A stretch of DNA of 64,000 nucleotides, taken from Spirochaetaceae bacterium. Its GTDB lineage: Bacteria > Spirochaetota > Spirochaetia > DSM-2461. Where the stretch lies: assembly GCA_965224705.1 (NCBI GenBank), contig OZ245056.1:256001-320000 (forward strand), read 5' to 3'. A program made the position numbers and the translations under genes. Below the pieces are notes generated by a model that ran no database searches, was not told the DNA's origin, and saw only the letters and a list, made by a program, of their open reading frames with translations. Positions 40,600 through 51,600 of the stretch are shown one piece after another. Every line of letters starts with the position of its first letter. Position 1 is the stretch's first letter.

Positions 40600-42363
40600 A
40601 TGGTGACCACCCGCCATTCAATTCTGTGTATTTCAGTTATCTCAGCCATGTCAGGTATATTTTCAAGCTGTAGTACTGTACCTGATCTGGTTTTGAATGA
40701 TCCTGCTAGTTTTGAGAGAATGATCAATGGGGCATTGGAAGGTGAAATATTCATTATCACAAAAAAGGATTACCCGGAAATTAAGAAACTCCTGGCGGAG
40801 AGCAATTCAGAACTCCATAGGGCCGGTATTATCCTTGCTGGACAAACCGGGGATGCTGTTTTCTTTCCAGATATTTTTTCATCGTCCATGAGTGAGGATG
40901 AAGAGGTGGCTGAAACTGCAGCAGGGATCATTATCGATAATTCCCAGATGTTTCGTGCGTCTCTCCTGCAAATGCTGGATCATCCGAATTCCTCTCACAG
41001 AGAAAATGCAATTTCCATCCTTGCTCAGACTGGTGGTGAAGACATTGTTCCCCTGCTTGTTCGCTTTTTCGGCGACCCGGATGAAAACATTCGTAATCAG
41101 GCATCCCTGGCTGTCTGGAAAATTGCGGACAGAACAAATCCATTCCTTCAAGAAGCGTTGAACAACCCCGACGCCCTTGCTGCATCCATCGCTTACCGAA
41201 CACTGGGACGGTATACCGATCCTGATGATGCCTTTTTTTTCATAGAAGCCTTTATGGCAGCAGATTCAAGGATCCGAAAAGAGGCTCAATTAGCCGTTCT
41301 GAGACTTGGTGAGGCAGGTCTTCCATATTTACATGCCGAGGTCAACGGCAAAAATAATCCGTTGAACTCTCGTTTGACCGCACTCAACGTTCTACAGGGA
41401 CTGCGATTACCCGAGAGTTTATTGGTCCTGTTCGGACTTCTCTCGGATGAGAATGAAGGAATACGGACGAAGGTTGCCAGTCTTCTGGGAACTTATGGAG
41501 ATGATGCCGTCCCCACATTGATTGAGATCTATGAAACGGCCGAAATTCTCCAGCGTATACAGGCAATCACCCAGATGGGTATCATAGGTGCATCATCCGC
41601 TCTGCCAACTCTCATCGATGCATTGGGCAGCAGTATTCCTGGAATAGGGCTGGCGGCTCACGAAGCAATAGAATTCTTTGGGACAGAAGCATGGCCGCGG
41701 TTGCGGGAAGTCATTGAATCAGATGAATCAATCTCCAAAATTTCAGCAATGCAGATCCTGCGATCTGGAGGAGATTTCTGGCTGGTGCGCAATGAATCTG
41801 GAGAAATCAACAATGCCGGACTGTTTTTACTGATAACCCTGTCAGTTCAGAGCGAGATTGATGACTATCTGAATGCTGTAGAGATCAGTCATGTCCTTGG
41901 AGACAGTATTCTTTCCCTCAAAAATGCCTGGAACCTTGCCGTGGAGTTTGTTGAAATCGAAACAGGAATCACTCAGGGAAACGAACCATATCTATACCTC
42001 TGGCGGCAGCGATTAAAGTATGCAGCCGAAGCAAGGAAAACTCTCCGCCAATCTTTTGCGGTACTCCACGAATACTTCGATACCCCGGATCCCAATATCC
42101 TGAATGAATCAAAATCTGCTCGGAAAAAAAGCCGTCAGCTTAAATCCAGGGTGGAAGCCCTGACAGAACGCATTGACAGGCTTCCGCAATCAACGAAAAT
42201 CTCCGGGGAAAACCAGTTAGCTGAATATAAGGATATTCGGAATGAACTGGTCCAGATCTGGAAGTACTGCCCAGGGGAGATGAAGGAGGTTGCATTGTCT
42301 ATCTATGCTGACCGTGGATTGAATCCGATTATTCTTTCTCAGGAGGCGGCAATTCTTGATTGA
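40600..42363 (+). CDS. HEAT-repeat lipoprotein
   Basis: Lipobox-like FSSC; repeated L.D....R..A...L HEAT units. Confidence 0.75.
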   Translation: MVTTRHSILCISVISAMSGIFSSCSTVPDLVLNDPASFERMINGALEGEIFIITKKDYPEIKKLLAESNSELHRAGIILAGQTGDAVFFPDIFSSSMSEDEEVAETAAGIIIDNSQMFRASLLQMLDHPNSSHRENAISILAQTGGEDIVPLLVRFFGDPDENIRNQASLAVWKIADRTNPFLQEALNNPDALAASIAYRTLGRYTDPDDAFFFIEAFMAADSRIRKEAQLAVLRLGEAGLPYLHAEVNGKNNPLNSRLTALNVLQGLRLPESLLVLFGLLSDENEGIRTKVASLLGTYGDDAVPTLIEIYETAEILQRIQAITQMGIIGASSALPTLIDALGSSIPGIGLAAHEAIEFFGTEAWPRLREVIESDESISKISAMQILRSGGDFWLVRNESGEINNAGLFLLITLSVQSEIDDYLNAVEISHVLGDSILSLKNAWNLAVEFVEIETGITQGNEPYLYLWRQRLKYAAEARKTLRQSFAVLHEYFDTPDPNILNESKSARKKSRQLKSRVEALTERIDRLPQSTKISGENQLAEYKDIRNELVQIWKYCPGEMKEVALSIYADRGLNPIILSQEAAILD

Positions 42364-42392
42364 GTCAGGAATAGTCCAATTCTGATTCCTGG

Positions 42393-42436
42393 GAGTCTGT
42401 GGATTTTAAGCCGTGAGACGTAAATCCGACAGGCTC
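42393..42436. mobile_element. 44-bp internally deleted MITE copy with a CTGG target duplication
   Basis: Both element ends are joined (GAGTCTGTGGATTTTAAG + CCGTGAGACGTAAATCCGACAGGCTC); CTGG at 42389-42392 and 42437-42440. Confidence 0.85.
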
Positions 42437-42445
42437 CTGGCTTTT

Positions 42446-42519
42446 CGGAAGTGACGGGGATCGAACCCGCGATCTCCGGCTTGACAGGCCGGCGCGATAA
42501 CCTTCTTCGCTACACCTCC
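42446..42519 (-). tRNA. tRNA-Asp(GTC)
   Basis: Cloverleaf GGAGGTG...CACTTCC-G; anticodon arm CCGGC-CTGTCAA-GCCGG; T loop TTCGATC; CCA not encoded. Confidence 0.96.
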
Positions 42520-42533
42520 AGATTGTAATTGAA

Positions 42534-42562
42534 AGTATAATGGATCAGCAGGAGTTGGTCAA
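42534..42562 (-). promoter_or_regulatory. Sigma-70 promoter of tRNA-Asp
   Basis: Minus strand TTGACC-N17-TATACT. Confidence 0.75.
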
Positions 42563-42590
42563 GTTCTCAGCGGCTGTTATTATGGAAGTT

Positions 42591-43667
42591 ATGCCTGCAG
42601 CTGTTGAATCAATAAAAGAATTCTACAGTTCTGAGTCTCTTGCCGAACCAGCATTGATGAAATGGCCATTAAACAGTTCAGATCGAATGACACAGTCCGG
42701 ACTGGAGAATGAATTTAAGTCAAGACTGGGAGATGGTCTTCCAGATGGGCTCTTATGGATGGAAGGTCATGCTGACCTGAAATACCGGCCGGAGCGCATC
42801 CTGCCTGGCTGCCGGTCCGTGCTTGTCAGCTATCTGAATTACTACCGGAAGAATGAAATCGATCGGAATGATTCACATCTCAATCAAGGAAGAGTCGCTC
42901 GTTATGCCAGAGGCCGGGATTACCATAAGGAACTTGGATTCCGTTTAAAACGAATCACGAAGCAGTTTCGGCAAGTCTTCCCGGGAGAGCAGTTCAGGTA
43001 CTTTACCGACACGGGACCTGTGGATGAAGTATGGCTTGCATCAGCGTCTGGAACTGGATTCAGGGGGCGGCATGGGCTGACGATCATACCGGGTATTGGA
43101 AGCTGGATTGTTCTTGGTCATATATTGACCACTGTTGAATTTGATGCTCCATCTGCCAGGCCGCTGCCGTCAGGCTGTCCGGCAAATTGCAGGCGATGCA
43201 TTGATGCCTGTCCGGGAACGGCACTGGAAATGCCTGGTCGGATCAATCCTGTCCGATGTATCGCATACCAGAGCATTGAACACAGGGGGGCCGTTGACAG
43301 GGAGTACCGCCGAAAAGCAGGAAACTGGATTTTCGGATGTGATGTATGCCAGGAAGTTTGCCCATTTAACTCACAGGCGGAAGAAACGACGGTGGAAGGA
43401 TTTCTTCGTGATTATGCTGGAGCGGCATTAAATCTGGTGGAAATCCTTACATTGAGGAACAGGACGGATGTTTTGAAGAGGTTTTCCGGATCGCCCTTAA
43501 TGCGGGCGGGCCGTGCAGGTCTTGTCCGCAATGCCTGTACCGTCGCTGGCAACATCGGAGGACTGGAACTTGTGCCTGTCCTGGAGAAACTGATCAATGA
43601 TGAGAATTCTGGTATTGGTGAGCATGCTGTTTGGGCTCTGGAAAAAATACGTCGGCGATTCAGTTGA
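42591..43667 (+). CDS. queG: Epoxyqueuosine reductase
   Basis: VARYARGRDYH, DTGP, CxxCxxCxxxCP, RCIAYQSIE, IFGCDVCQEVCP; start uncertain (ORF open from 42540). Confidence 0.93.
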   Translation: MPAAVESIKEFYSSESLAEPALMKWPLNSSDRMTQSGLENEFKSRLGDGLPDGLLWMEGHADLKYRPERILPGCRSVLVSYLNYYRKNEIDRNDSHLNQGRVARYARGRDYHKELGFRLKRITKQFRQVFPGEQFRYFTDTGPVDEVWLASASGTGFRGRHGLTIIPGIGSWIVLGHILTTVEFDAPSARPLPSGCPANCRRCIDACPGTALEMPGRINPVRCIAYQSIEHRGAVDREYRRKAGNWIFGCDVCQEVCPFNSQAEETTVEGFLRDYAGAALNLVEILTLRNRTDVLKRFSGSPLMRAGRAGLVRNACTVAGNIGGLELVPVLEKLINDENSGIGEHAVWALEKIRRRFS

Positions 43668-43897
43668 TGTTTCAGCTCATGCAGGTTCGCCCCGTACAGC
43701 ATGCTGCATCTGAATTGAATTTCAGCCATATTCGCAATCTTGTCTGTTTTCCAATTGTCCTGTACAATCCTACATCCGGAGTGGGAGGATCCGTATCCGG
43801 AAAACTGTTGGGTCAGTTTACATGATGTCTGGAGTCAGATGGACTGTTAACAGCTCAAAGTTGAGTAATCTCTCCCTGCCATCAGGAGTTATAGAAT

Positions 43898-44512
43898 ATG
43901 ACTGAAAGAACCGATAATGGAATTGTGAAAAAACTGGCTGCATTTTCAGGTATAACCATTGTGATCGCAATCACTGTTTTTGCGCTGACTTTCTGCGGTA
44001 TGGATCAGGAGGGAGAACCTGAAGCATTTGTAGATCCACAGCTGCTGGATGAAAATGAAGCTGATATGGTGGTTGAAAACGAAGTGACAGACGAAGTAAT
44101 CAACCGATATATTGTTGGCCGTCACAATGTTGTCGAAGGTGAATCAATCTCCCTTATCGCCGGCAGGCATTGGGATGATATTTATCTCTGGCCCGATTTA
44201 TACCTTCTGAATAAACTTGAATCTGGTGACCCGGATCTCATTTATCCCGATGAAATTATAGACATATACAACCGTCTTGGCCGGGGTAATGAGTTCCATG
44301 AAAACGAAAAAGAGCTGATACTCAATGCATATATTGAAGTGTATGACATCTTTAAGGCATTGGGACCACGTAAAAACAGTTCGGCATGGACATTGCTGTG
44401 GTGTGGAACCCGGTATGACAATAATTTCCTCGACCTCTTTGCCCATCGCATTGCCCCGGATGATATGGCCGTGGCAAGAAAGTACGTTGCAGAAGAAGGA
44501 TTTCTGGATTAA
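43898..44512 (+). CDS. LysM-like domain lipoprotein
   Basis: Hydrophobic N-terminus ending in Cys; HNVVEGESISLIA...WPDLY..N....DPDLIYP. Confidence 0.7.
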   Translation: MTERTDNGIVKKLAAFSGITIVIAITVFALTFCGMDQEGEPEAFVDPQLLDENEADMVVENEVTDEVINRYIVGRHNVVEGESISLIAGRHWDDIYLWPDLYLLNKLESGDPDLIYPDEIIDIYNRLGRGNEFHENEKELILNAYIEVYDIFKALGPRKNSSAWTLLWCGTRYDNNFLDLFAHRIAPDDMAVARKYVAEEGFLD

Positions 44513-44538
44513 CATTGGGTTTCCAGTGACTGGATCCC

Positions 44539-45189
44539 ATGAAATCGTCCGCTAAGATTTTTACAGTATTATTTCTAGTCTCAGGCATTGTATCCATTGG
44601 GGCCAGGCCAAATCATGCCCGGATTCGATTGCTCATTGCGATGGATCCTATAAGTCAGTTTAATGGTGAGGGATTGGGCAGCTCAAATGGCAATTTCGCT
44701 GCCAGCAGCAGCTATGGCATAGCTCCTGGTATTGAGGCAGTATGGCTTTTTGGTACTATTGTTGAAGCTGGCATCGGGTTTCAATGGCAGATCTCCCGGT
44801 CTTTGTATCACAGCGGCGGCAGGACAGGTGCTGTTTATAATTTCATACCTCTTTATGCCATCGCACGCATCAACGTGACCACATTGAAGTCATTCAAAGC
44901 ATTTCTTGGAGCCAGAATCGGCTACGCATTTTTTAATGACAGCGATGGTTTCCGCAGTCTGCTTCCTGAGGATTCCGGGGGGACTTTGATCTCTTCAAGT
45001 GGGGGATTGTTTGCTGCCGGAAGCCTGGGCGTAGTCTACACACTTCAAAATAGACAGAACTGGGGACTGGATTTATCTGCAAGTGTTGGCTATGGTTTTT
45101 TCGGAGCGGAGACCCGTTCTTTAGAAAGGAGCTATTCCATCAATCTACAATCAATGACTGTTGATTTTGGCATTGAACTGCGGCTCTAG
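44539..45189 (+). CDS. Small outer-membrane beta-barrel protein
   Basis: Signal peptide, alternating amphipathic strands (FIPLYA, ARIGY), C-terminal FGIELRL. Confidence 0.6.
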   Translation: MKSSAKIFTVLFLVSGIVSIGARPNHARIRLLIAMDPISQFNGEGLGSSNGNFAASSSYGIAPGIEAVWLFGTIVEAGIGFQWQISRSLYHSGGRTGAVYNFIPLYAIARINVTTLKSFKAFLGARIGYAFFNDSDGFRSLLPEDSGGTLISSSGGLFAAGSLGVVYTLQNRQNWGLDLSASVGYGFFGAETRSLERSYSINLQSMTVDFGIELRL

Positions 45190-45253
45190 AAGTCTGTCGG
45201 ACTCTAAGATTTCAAGGCGATTTTGATGATTTTTTCCTGATTACGGCAACAAA
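45190..45253. repeat. Partial MITE copy
   Basis: AAGTCTGTCGGACTCTAAGATTTCAAGGCGATTTTGATGATTTTTTCCTGAT directly after CTAG, which contains the stop codon. Confidence 0.88.
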
Positions 45254-45361
45254 TTTTTCAGTTTCCCTATTGATAGGCTTATCTGATACCACTATCATGA
45301 TACTGCATCAGTGAAAGAAATCCAGGATGAGTCTTATTCGTCTAAATTCAGGAGTAAACAA

Positions 45362-45562
45362 GTGAATGACGGCATTTTAATTATGACGGTTGGTATGATG
45401 GTGGTTTTTGCTTTTCTAATAATCATGGTCTTTTCAATGAAATTCATGTCAGGTTACATCCTGAAAGCTTTCCCTGAAAAGGAACAGTCTGTTCCTCAGA
45501 TGCCGGGTCAGAATGACCTGGAAGTTGCTGTGGCTGTCGCAGCAGCATATATTCATAGATAA
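45362..45562 (+). CDS. oadG: Na+-translocating decarboxylase gamma subunit
   Basis: GMMVVFAFL TM helix, AVAVAAA tail; GTG start after AGGAG. Confidence 0.8.
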   Translation: MNDGILIMTVGMMVVFAFLIIMVFSMKFMSGYILKAFPEKEQSVPQMPGQNDLEVAVAVAAAYIHR

Positions 45563-45575
45563 AGAGAAGGCCATT

Positions 45576-47369
45576 ATGACGAAAAAGAAAGTTAATTTCA
45601 TGATTACAGCTTTCCGGGATGGATTTCAATCTGTTTTCGGGGCAAGGGTTTTTACAAAAGACTTCATTCCGGCTGTAGAAGCAGCCGCCAGGGCGGGAAT
45701 TCAGCACTTTGAGGCTGGCGGAGGGGCACGCTTTCAGTCACTTTATTTCTACAGCAATGAAGATGCCTTCCATATGATGGATCAATTTCGTGCCGCAGCA
45801 GGTCCTGACGCCGACCTTCAAACGCTGTCCAGGGGAATCAATGTCGTAGGATTGAGTTCCCAGCCACGGGATATTATCAAGCTTCACGCAAAGCTCTTCA
45901 AGAAACACGGAATTACAACAATCCGCAATTTCGATGCCTTAAATGATGTCAATAATCTTATTGATTCTGGTAAGGCCATTGTCAATGCCGGGGCAAATCA
46001 TGAAGTTTGTGTCACTTTGATGGCCCTCCCCGAAGGAATTACTGGTGCCCATGATCCGGACTATTATGAAAAAACTCTCAAGGACATACTTGGTGCGGAC
46101 ATACCGTATAGTTCGGTATGCTTCAAAGATGCTTCGGGTACCACGACCCCGTCAGTTGTATATGAATCCATCAAACGGGCACGGAAACTGCTGGGTAAGG
46201 ATGTAAAACTGGTGTTTCATTCCCATGACACGGCCGGTGTCTGTATCATGCAGTATAAGGCGGCATTGGATGCGGGTGCCAACCAGGTGGATTTATCCAT
46301 GGCTCCTGTCTCAGGTGGAACCTGCCAGCCTGATGTAATGACCATGTACCATGCCTTGCGCGGTACAGAATATGATATGGGTATTGATCCTGCAAAAGTC
46401 TATGAGGCCGAGGAGATTTTCAAAGAATGCATGAAGGATTATTTCATGCCTCCAGAAGCCAAGAAAGTGGAACCCCTCATTCCCCAGTCACCCATGCCCG
46501 GCGGAGCACTGACAGCCAATACTCAGATGCTTCGGGATAACGAGTTAATGGATCGCTATGAGGAAATAATCAAAAACATGAGAGAAGTGGTTATCAAGGG
46601 TGGATTTGGTACTTCTGTAACACCTGTTTCCCAGTTTTATTTTCAGCAGGCATTCAATAACACAGTATTTGGACCCTGGAAGAAAATAGCAGACGGTTAC
46701 GGTAAAATGGTCCTTGGCTATTTTGGAAAAACACCCGTACCGCCGGAAGATGAAATCGTCAAGATTACCTCCGAACTGATGGAACTTGAGCCGACTACCC
46801 GTCTGCCGGTCGATATCAATGATGAAAATCCCAAACTGGGCACTGAAGCCGCCAGGAAACTGCTCACCGACAATGGGATTACAGATCACTCAGATGAAAA
46901 CATCTTTATTGCCGCCACCTGCCTTGAAAAGGGTATTCAGTTTCTCAAGGGAGAAGCCAGGCCCAATGTTCGAAAGAACGTTCCTGAAACACAATCCAGC
47001 CTGTCGGCCAGCGAAGGAGTTACTGTAACTATCAACGGCTGTGACTACGGTGTGAAGATTGATGGGAGCAAAGCCACTGTCAATGACACAACCTATGACA
47101 TTGATGTCAGGGCCGGGATTGACTCGGGCAGTACGGCACCGGCGGCAGCCATTACAACAGCGACAGTCAATGCTCCCATGCCCGGCCTGGTTCTTCGCAT
47201 CCCTGTTGCGATTGGAGATACAGTTGCCGAGGGGGATGAGATTATAGTCCTTGAAGCCATGAAAATGGAAACACCCGTATCGGCGCCCACGGATGGAACC
47301 ATAAAATCCATCTCAGTTTCCCAGGGCGATCAGGTTAAATCAGGTGACGTTCTGGTTGAGATTGGTTAG
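45576..47369 (+). CDS. oadA: Oxaloacetate decarboxylase alpha subunit (carboxyltransferase plus biotin carrier)
   Basis: RDGFQS, GGGARF, KDASG, HSHDT, MPGG, VTPVSQ, EAMKM biotinylation motif. Confidence 0.88.
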   Translation: MTKKKVNFMITAFRDGFQSVFGARVFTKDFIPAVEAAARAGIQHFEAGGGARFQSLYFYSNEDAFHMMDQFRAAAGPDADLQTLSRGINVVGLSSQPRDIIKLHAKLFKKHGITTIRNFDALNDVNNLIDSGKAIVNAGANHEVCVTLMALPEGITGAHDPDYYEKTLKDILGADIPYSSVCFKDASGTTTPSVVYESIKRARKLLGKDVKLVFHSHDTAGVCIMQYKAALDAGANQVDLSMAPVSGGTCQPDVMTMYHALRGTEYDMGIDPAKVYEAEEIFKECMKDYFMPPEAKKVEPLIPQSPMPGGALTANTQMLRDNELMDRYEEIIKNMREVVIKGGFGTSVTPVSQFYFQQAFNNTVFGPWKKIADGYGKMVLGYFGKTPVPPEDEIVKITSELMELEPTTRLPVDINDENPKLGTEAARKLLTDNGITDHSDENIFIAATCLEKGIQFLKGEARPNVRKNVPETQSSLSASEGVTVTINGCDYGVKIDGSKATVNDTTYDIDVRAGIDSGSTAPAAAITTATVNAPMPGLVLRIPVAIGDTVAEGDEIIVLEAMKMETPVSAPTDGTIKSISVSQGDQVKSGDVLVEIG

Positions 47370-47379
47370 GGAGGCATAG

Positions 47380-48630
47380 ATGGATTTTGCTTATTCCCTG
47401 CACGAGCTTTGGAAAACAACCGGACTGTTCGGTTTCCTCCAGACCGGAGGCTGGCAGAGTGTTTTAATGATTGGTATTGGTCTTCTATTGATCTGGCTGG
47501 CCATTGCCAGAGGATTTGAACCTCTTTTGCTTGTTCCTATCGGGACAGGTTCGATACTTTCAAATATCCCGTTCGCTGAGATTGCCGCCCATACAGTTCA
47601 ATCTGTCGGTGCAGACGGCCATGTTTACGTTGATGTTTACGGTGGATTCATCGGTCAGTTTTATGAGATGGGGATTGCATCGGGATTGTTCCCCCTGCTC
47701 ATCTTTCTGGGAGTCGGTGCCATGACGGACTTTGGTCCTCTTATCGCCAATCCCAGGACACTTCTTTTGGGGGCTGCTGCTCAGTTCGGTATATTTTTCG
47801 CCCTTTTTGGCACAATCCTTCTTGAGATGATTCCCGGGTTTTCCTTCCTTGGAAATGCCGAAGGATCCACACTGGCCGAATCCATCCTCCACGTAGCCGG
47901 TTCCATTGGCATCATTGGCGGAGCCGATGGTCCAACGGCCATATTTACAACGGCCAGACTGGCTCCAAACTATCTGGGTCCCATCGCTGTCGCAGCCTAT
48001 TCATACATGGCCCTGGTCCCCATTATACAGCCGCCCATCATGAAGGCCCTCACCACCAGAGAAGAGCGTCAGATTAAAATGGAACAGCTCCGACATGTTA
48101 CAAAGCTTGAAAAAATAATCTTCCCCATCATTGTTCTCATCATCTGCATACTTCTCCTTCCCAGTGCCACACACCTGATTGGAATGCTGATGTTCGGTAA
48201 CCTGCTCAAAGAATGTATGGTGACAGACAGGCTGTCCAATACGGCTCAGAACGCCTTGATGAATACCGTAACCATCATGTTGGGACTATCGGTTGGATCT
48301 AAAATGTCCGCCGATGTTTTCTTGAATCTTACCACACTCGGCATCCTTGCTCTGGGATTGATTGCATTTATGATCGGCACAAGTACAGGTATTCTTCTGG
48401 CCAAACTCATGAACAGATTCTCGAAGAAACATCCAATCAATCCACTCATTGGTGCTGCTGGAGTTTCTGCTGTTCCAATGGCGGCCCGTGTCGCCAATAA
48501 AGTGGGACTTGAAGAGAACCCCAACAACTACCTGCTGATGCATGCCATGGGGCCCAATGTTGCCGGAGTCATCGGTTCCGCAGTCGCTGCCGGGGTTTTA
48601 CTGGTGCTGGTTCCAATTCTTGGAGGCTGA
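47380..48630 (+). CDS. oadB: Na+-translocating decarboxylase beta subunit
   Basis: [49 protein letters not shown]. Confidence 0.95.
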   Translation: MDFAYSLHELWKTTGLFGFLQTGGWQSVLMIGIGLLLIWLAIARGFEPLLLVPIGTGSILSNIPFAEIAAHTVQSVGADGHVYVDVYGGFIGQFYEMGIASGLFPLLIFLGVGAMTDFGPLIANPRTLLLGAAAQFGIFFALFGTILLEMIPGFSFLGNAEGSTLAESILHVAGSIGIIGGADGPTAIFTTARLAPNYLGPIAVAAYSYMALVPIIQPPIMKALTTREERQIKMEQLRHVTKLEKIIFPIIVLIICILLLPSATHLIGMLMFGNLLKECMVTDRLSNTAQNALMNTVTIMLGLSVGSKMSADVFLNLTTLGILALGLIAFMIGTSTGILLAKLMNRFSKKHPINPLIGAAGVSAVPMAARVANKVGLEENPNNYLLMHAMGPNVAGVIGSAVAAGVLLVLVPILGG

Positions 48631-48697
48631 CCCCGGGAATCTGCCTGTATTCAATACAAGTATACTTGAAAAAGCCCGGCAGCTGCTTGCGGGGAAA

Positions 48698-51600
48698 ATG
48701 CTCTGGAAATTTGCCGATCACCGGAGTATGACTACTCCAGCACTGGTTCCAGACGGATTTGCTGGAGCCCTGGTATTGGACAATGCTCCAGAGCCATATC
48801 GTGTTATCTGGAATAAGGAAGATTGGGACTGTGACTGCTCGGATGGAGCCATGCGGAAGCCCTGTGTCCATCTTGCTGCACTGCTGATCAAAATGAATCT
48901 ACTGATGGCGGACTCCGGGGAGATGACCGATACTCCACCAGTGAAGTTTGATTACCTGGATCCAGAACAGCATCTTCTTTTTTTCAGCTTACCCGAAGAC
49001 CTGAAAACAGTACCAGCGATTATACTGGGAAAATCGGATAGGGTTGAAAGAGTTTTCAGTCAGTCAGCATTTCCGGTTCAACCATCTGGAATCGTTTTTA
49101 AGGATCTGGAAAAGAATGATTGGAGAATCACTGCAGGGAAAATCCCTGTACGGGAGGATGGGTCTTATGGCAAGCCCTGCCTGTCAAAGTCTTCGGTGCA
49201 CCCCTCAATAGAATCCATCCCCGGTGATGAAACTATTACGCTTTCCCAACTGGAGGCATCCGATATTATTCTGGATCTTCTTGATTCTCCTGTCCATGTT
49301 GTGAACATTCATGGAGATCAATGGACTCTGATTGAAGGAGGCAAAGTTCATATCTGTTTTGATCCCCTGCTGACTGCTGCCGGGCAGGAATTCCTGTTCA
49401 AACCCCGAATCTACATCCAAACAGAAACGGGATGCGGGGATGTCAGAAAATATTCAGGTAGTCCTGCTGCAGCCGCCAACGGCCTCCTTGTCTTCGATGA
49501 AAGCAATCAGGCTGTGGTGCAGTGTAAGGGGATTGGATCGGCCAGATGGTTTATCCGGCTCATCCTTTCCCGGAAAACTCTCTCCGGCACAGATATCCAG
49601 GCACGGCTTTCCAGAGATCGTCATTCGGTGGCTGGTATTGAAATCGATGCGCCAGACCTGCCGGACCACCTGCCAACTCTCACCCCCTCACTGATCCTGG
49701 ACATTGTGAACCGGGGAAACTGGATAAATTTGCGATCTCGATTCCGATATGAATCTGCTTTGCTGACCCCGGAAGAAACCGGTGATATTGTTTCCATAAA
49801 AGGCAGGGGCCTGGAGGAACAGCCAATCGGCCTTCGCAGCCATTCTGATGAGAATGAATTGATCAGAAGAGCAGAATCCATATTGACAGGAGCCCTCTGC
49901 TGGAGAAGGGGGCATTACTCTGGATTAACAAAGAACCAGGATGTGCCTTTTCGAATTGAACTCCCTCTCAGTGATTTTCTCATTGCCTATGGCAAACAAT
50001 TACTGGATGCAGACATTGAAATCCGTCTTGAAAACCGGCCCATCCGTATTGGGGGAAGGATTCAAATCAAAATCAATGAAGATGGGATGCAGCTGAATAT
50101 GAATACTCATATCGAAAGTGAGGATGGCCGTCTTTCAGTTCTTGATCTGGATCCCTGGCTGACAGAGGGAGTGGTGAGAGCCGGAGAAGACTATTTCATA
50201 TTGGGCAAAAAGGCCCTGGAACAACTCAATTTTCTCAGGCAGAATGGAATGAACGATAGTGGTTTTCTATCCACGAGTCCGGAAAATCTGAGCCTCATTG
50301 ATGCCGTATATGCACAGATTCATATTGATGAGAACTCGGCTATGGATTTGGAAGAAAAGCGATCTCTTTACCATAGTCTGGTCAATTTCACACCGGAAAA
50401 TCCCCTGTCTCCTCCTGATCCCTTCCGTGGTGAATTGCGGCCGTATCAATTATACGGCTATGCATGGCTGATTTACATGAGGGAACACGGATTGGGAGCC
50501 TGCCTGGCCGATGATATGGGGCTTGGTAAAACAGTGCAGACCCTTGCCTATCTCAGCCATCTGAATCAAAGCGGTCGTCCTGGTCCCACCCTTCTGGTGG
50601 GCCCTGTTGTAACCCTGTCGAACTGGGCCGCTGAGATATCCCGCTTCACCCCTGAACTGAGATTTCACCTCTATTCAGGGCCTCCTGAAAAACGATCTCT
50701 TCCAGAACCGGATTCAGGCATTCATATAGTGATCGTCAGCTACCAGACACTTCGGATCGATGCGGAGAAGTTTTTTTCTGTGAAATGGGACACTGTTATT
50801 CTTGATGAAGCTCATTATGTGAAAAACGCCTCCTCCCAAACCTTTAAAACGGTGCGTTCCCTCAGGGCTGCAAACCGTTTATCCCTGACGGGGACACCTC
50901 TGGAAAACCATCTGGGAGAACTCTGGTCGCAAATGACATTCCTCAATCCCGGACTTCTTGGCCGACACCATGAATTCTTACGGCGTTTCGGCGAAACACA
51001 TCAGGTGGAACAGCTGAAAAGAATTGTCTCACCTTTCATTTTGAGACGTCACAAGGAGGACGTTCTTGACGAACTTCCCGCTAAAGATGAGATAGTAATG
51101 CGTTGTGAAATGACAGCGGAACAAACCGAAGTCTATCAGGCTATGAGTCGATTGTATTACCAGCAGGCAACCGGTCTTCTCTCCAGGGAGGGCTTGAGCG
51201 GTGGACGGATTCAAATTCTTTCATTGTTGACCAGACTCCGTCTACTGGCGATTCATCCCCCGATGGCTGGAGAACAGTTCAATGGCATTTCCTCAGGAAA
51301 AATGCAGTTTCTCGATTCATTTTTAACCGAAGTTCTGGAAGAAAACCACAAAGTTCTTGTTTTCAGTCAGTTTCTTGGAGTTCTGGATCAGGCCGAGCGA
51401 ACATGTCTCCGATACAATTGGGATTTCCGACGGCTGACAGGATCCACGAGAAACAGGGAAACACCCATAGCAGAATTCATGGATGATCCCGGAGTCAGGA
51501 TTTTTCTGCTCAGCCTGAGAGCCGGTTCCGTAGGAATAAACCTGACGGCAGCAGATTATGTCATCCTTCTTGATCCCTGGTGGAATCCAGCCGTTGAGGG

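Noticed and set aside
42446..42519. tRNA as a prophage or island attachment site
   Set aside because: No integrase and no duplicated tRNA 3' end seen in the window
48542..48697. N-terminal extension of the SNF2 ORF
   Set aside because: Overlaps the oadB 3' end out of frame; the real start is likely downstream
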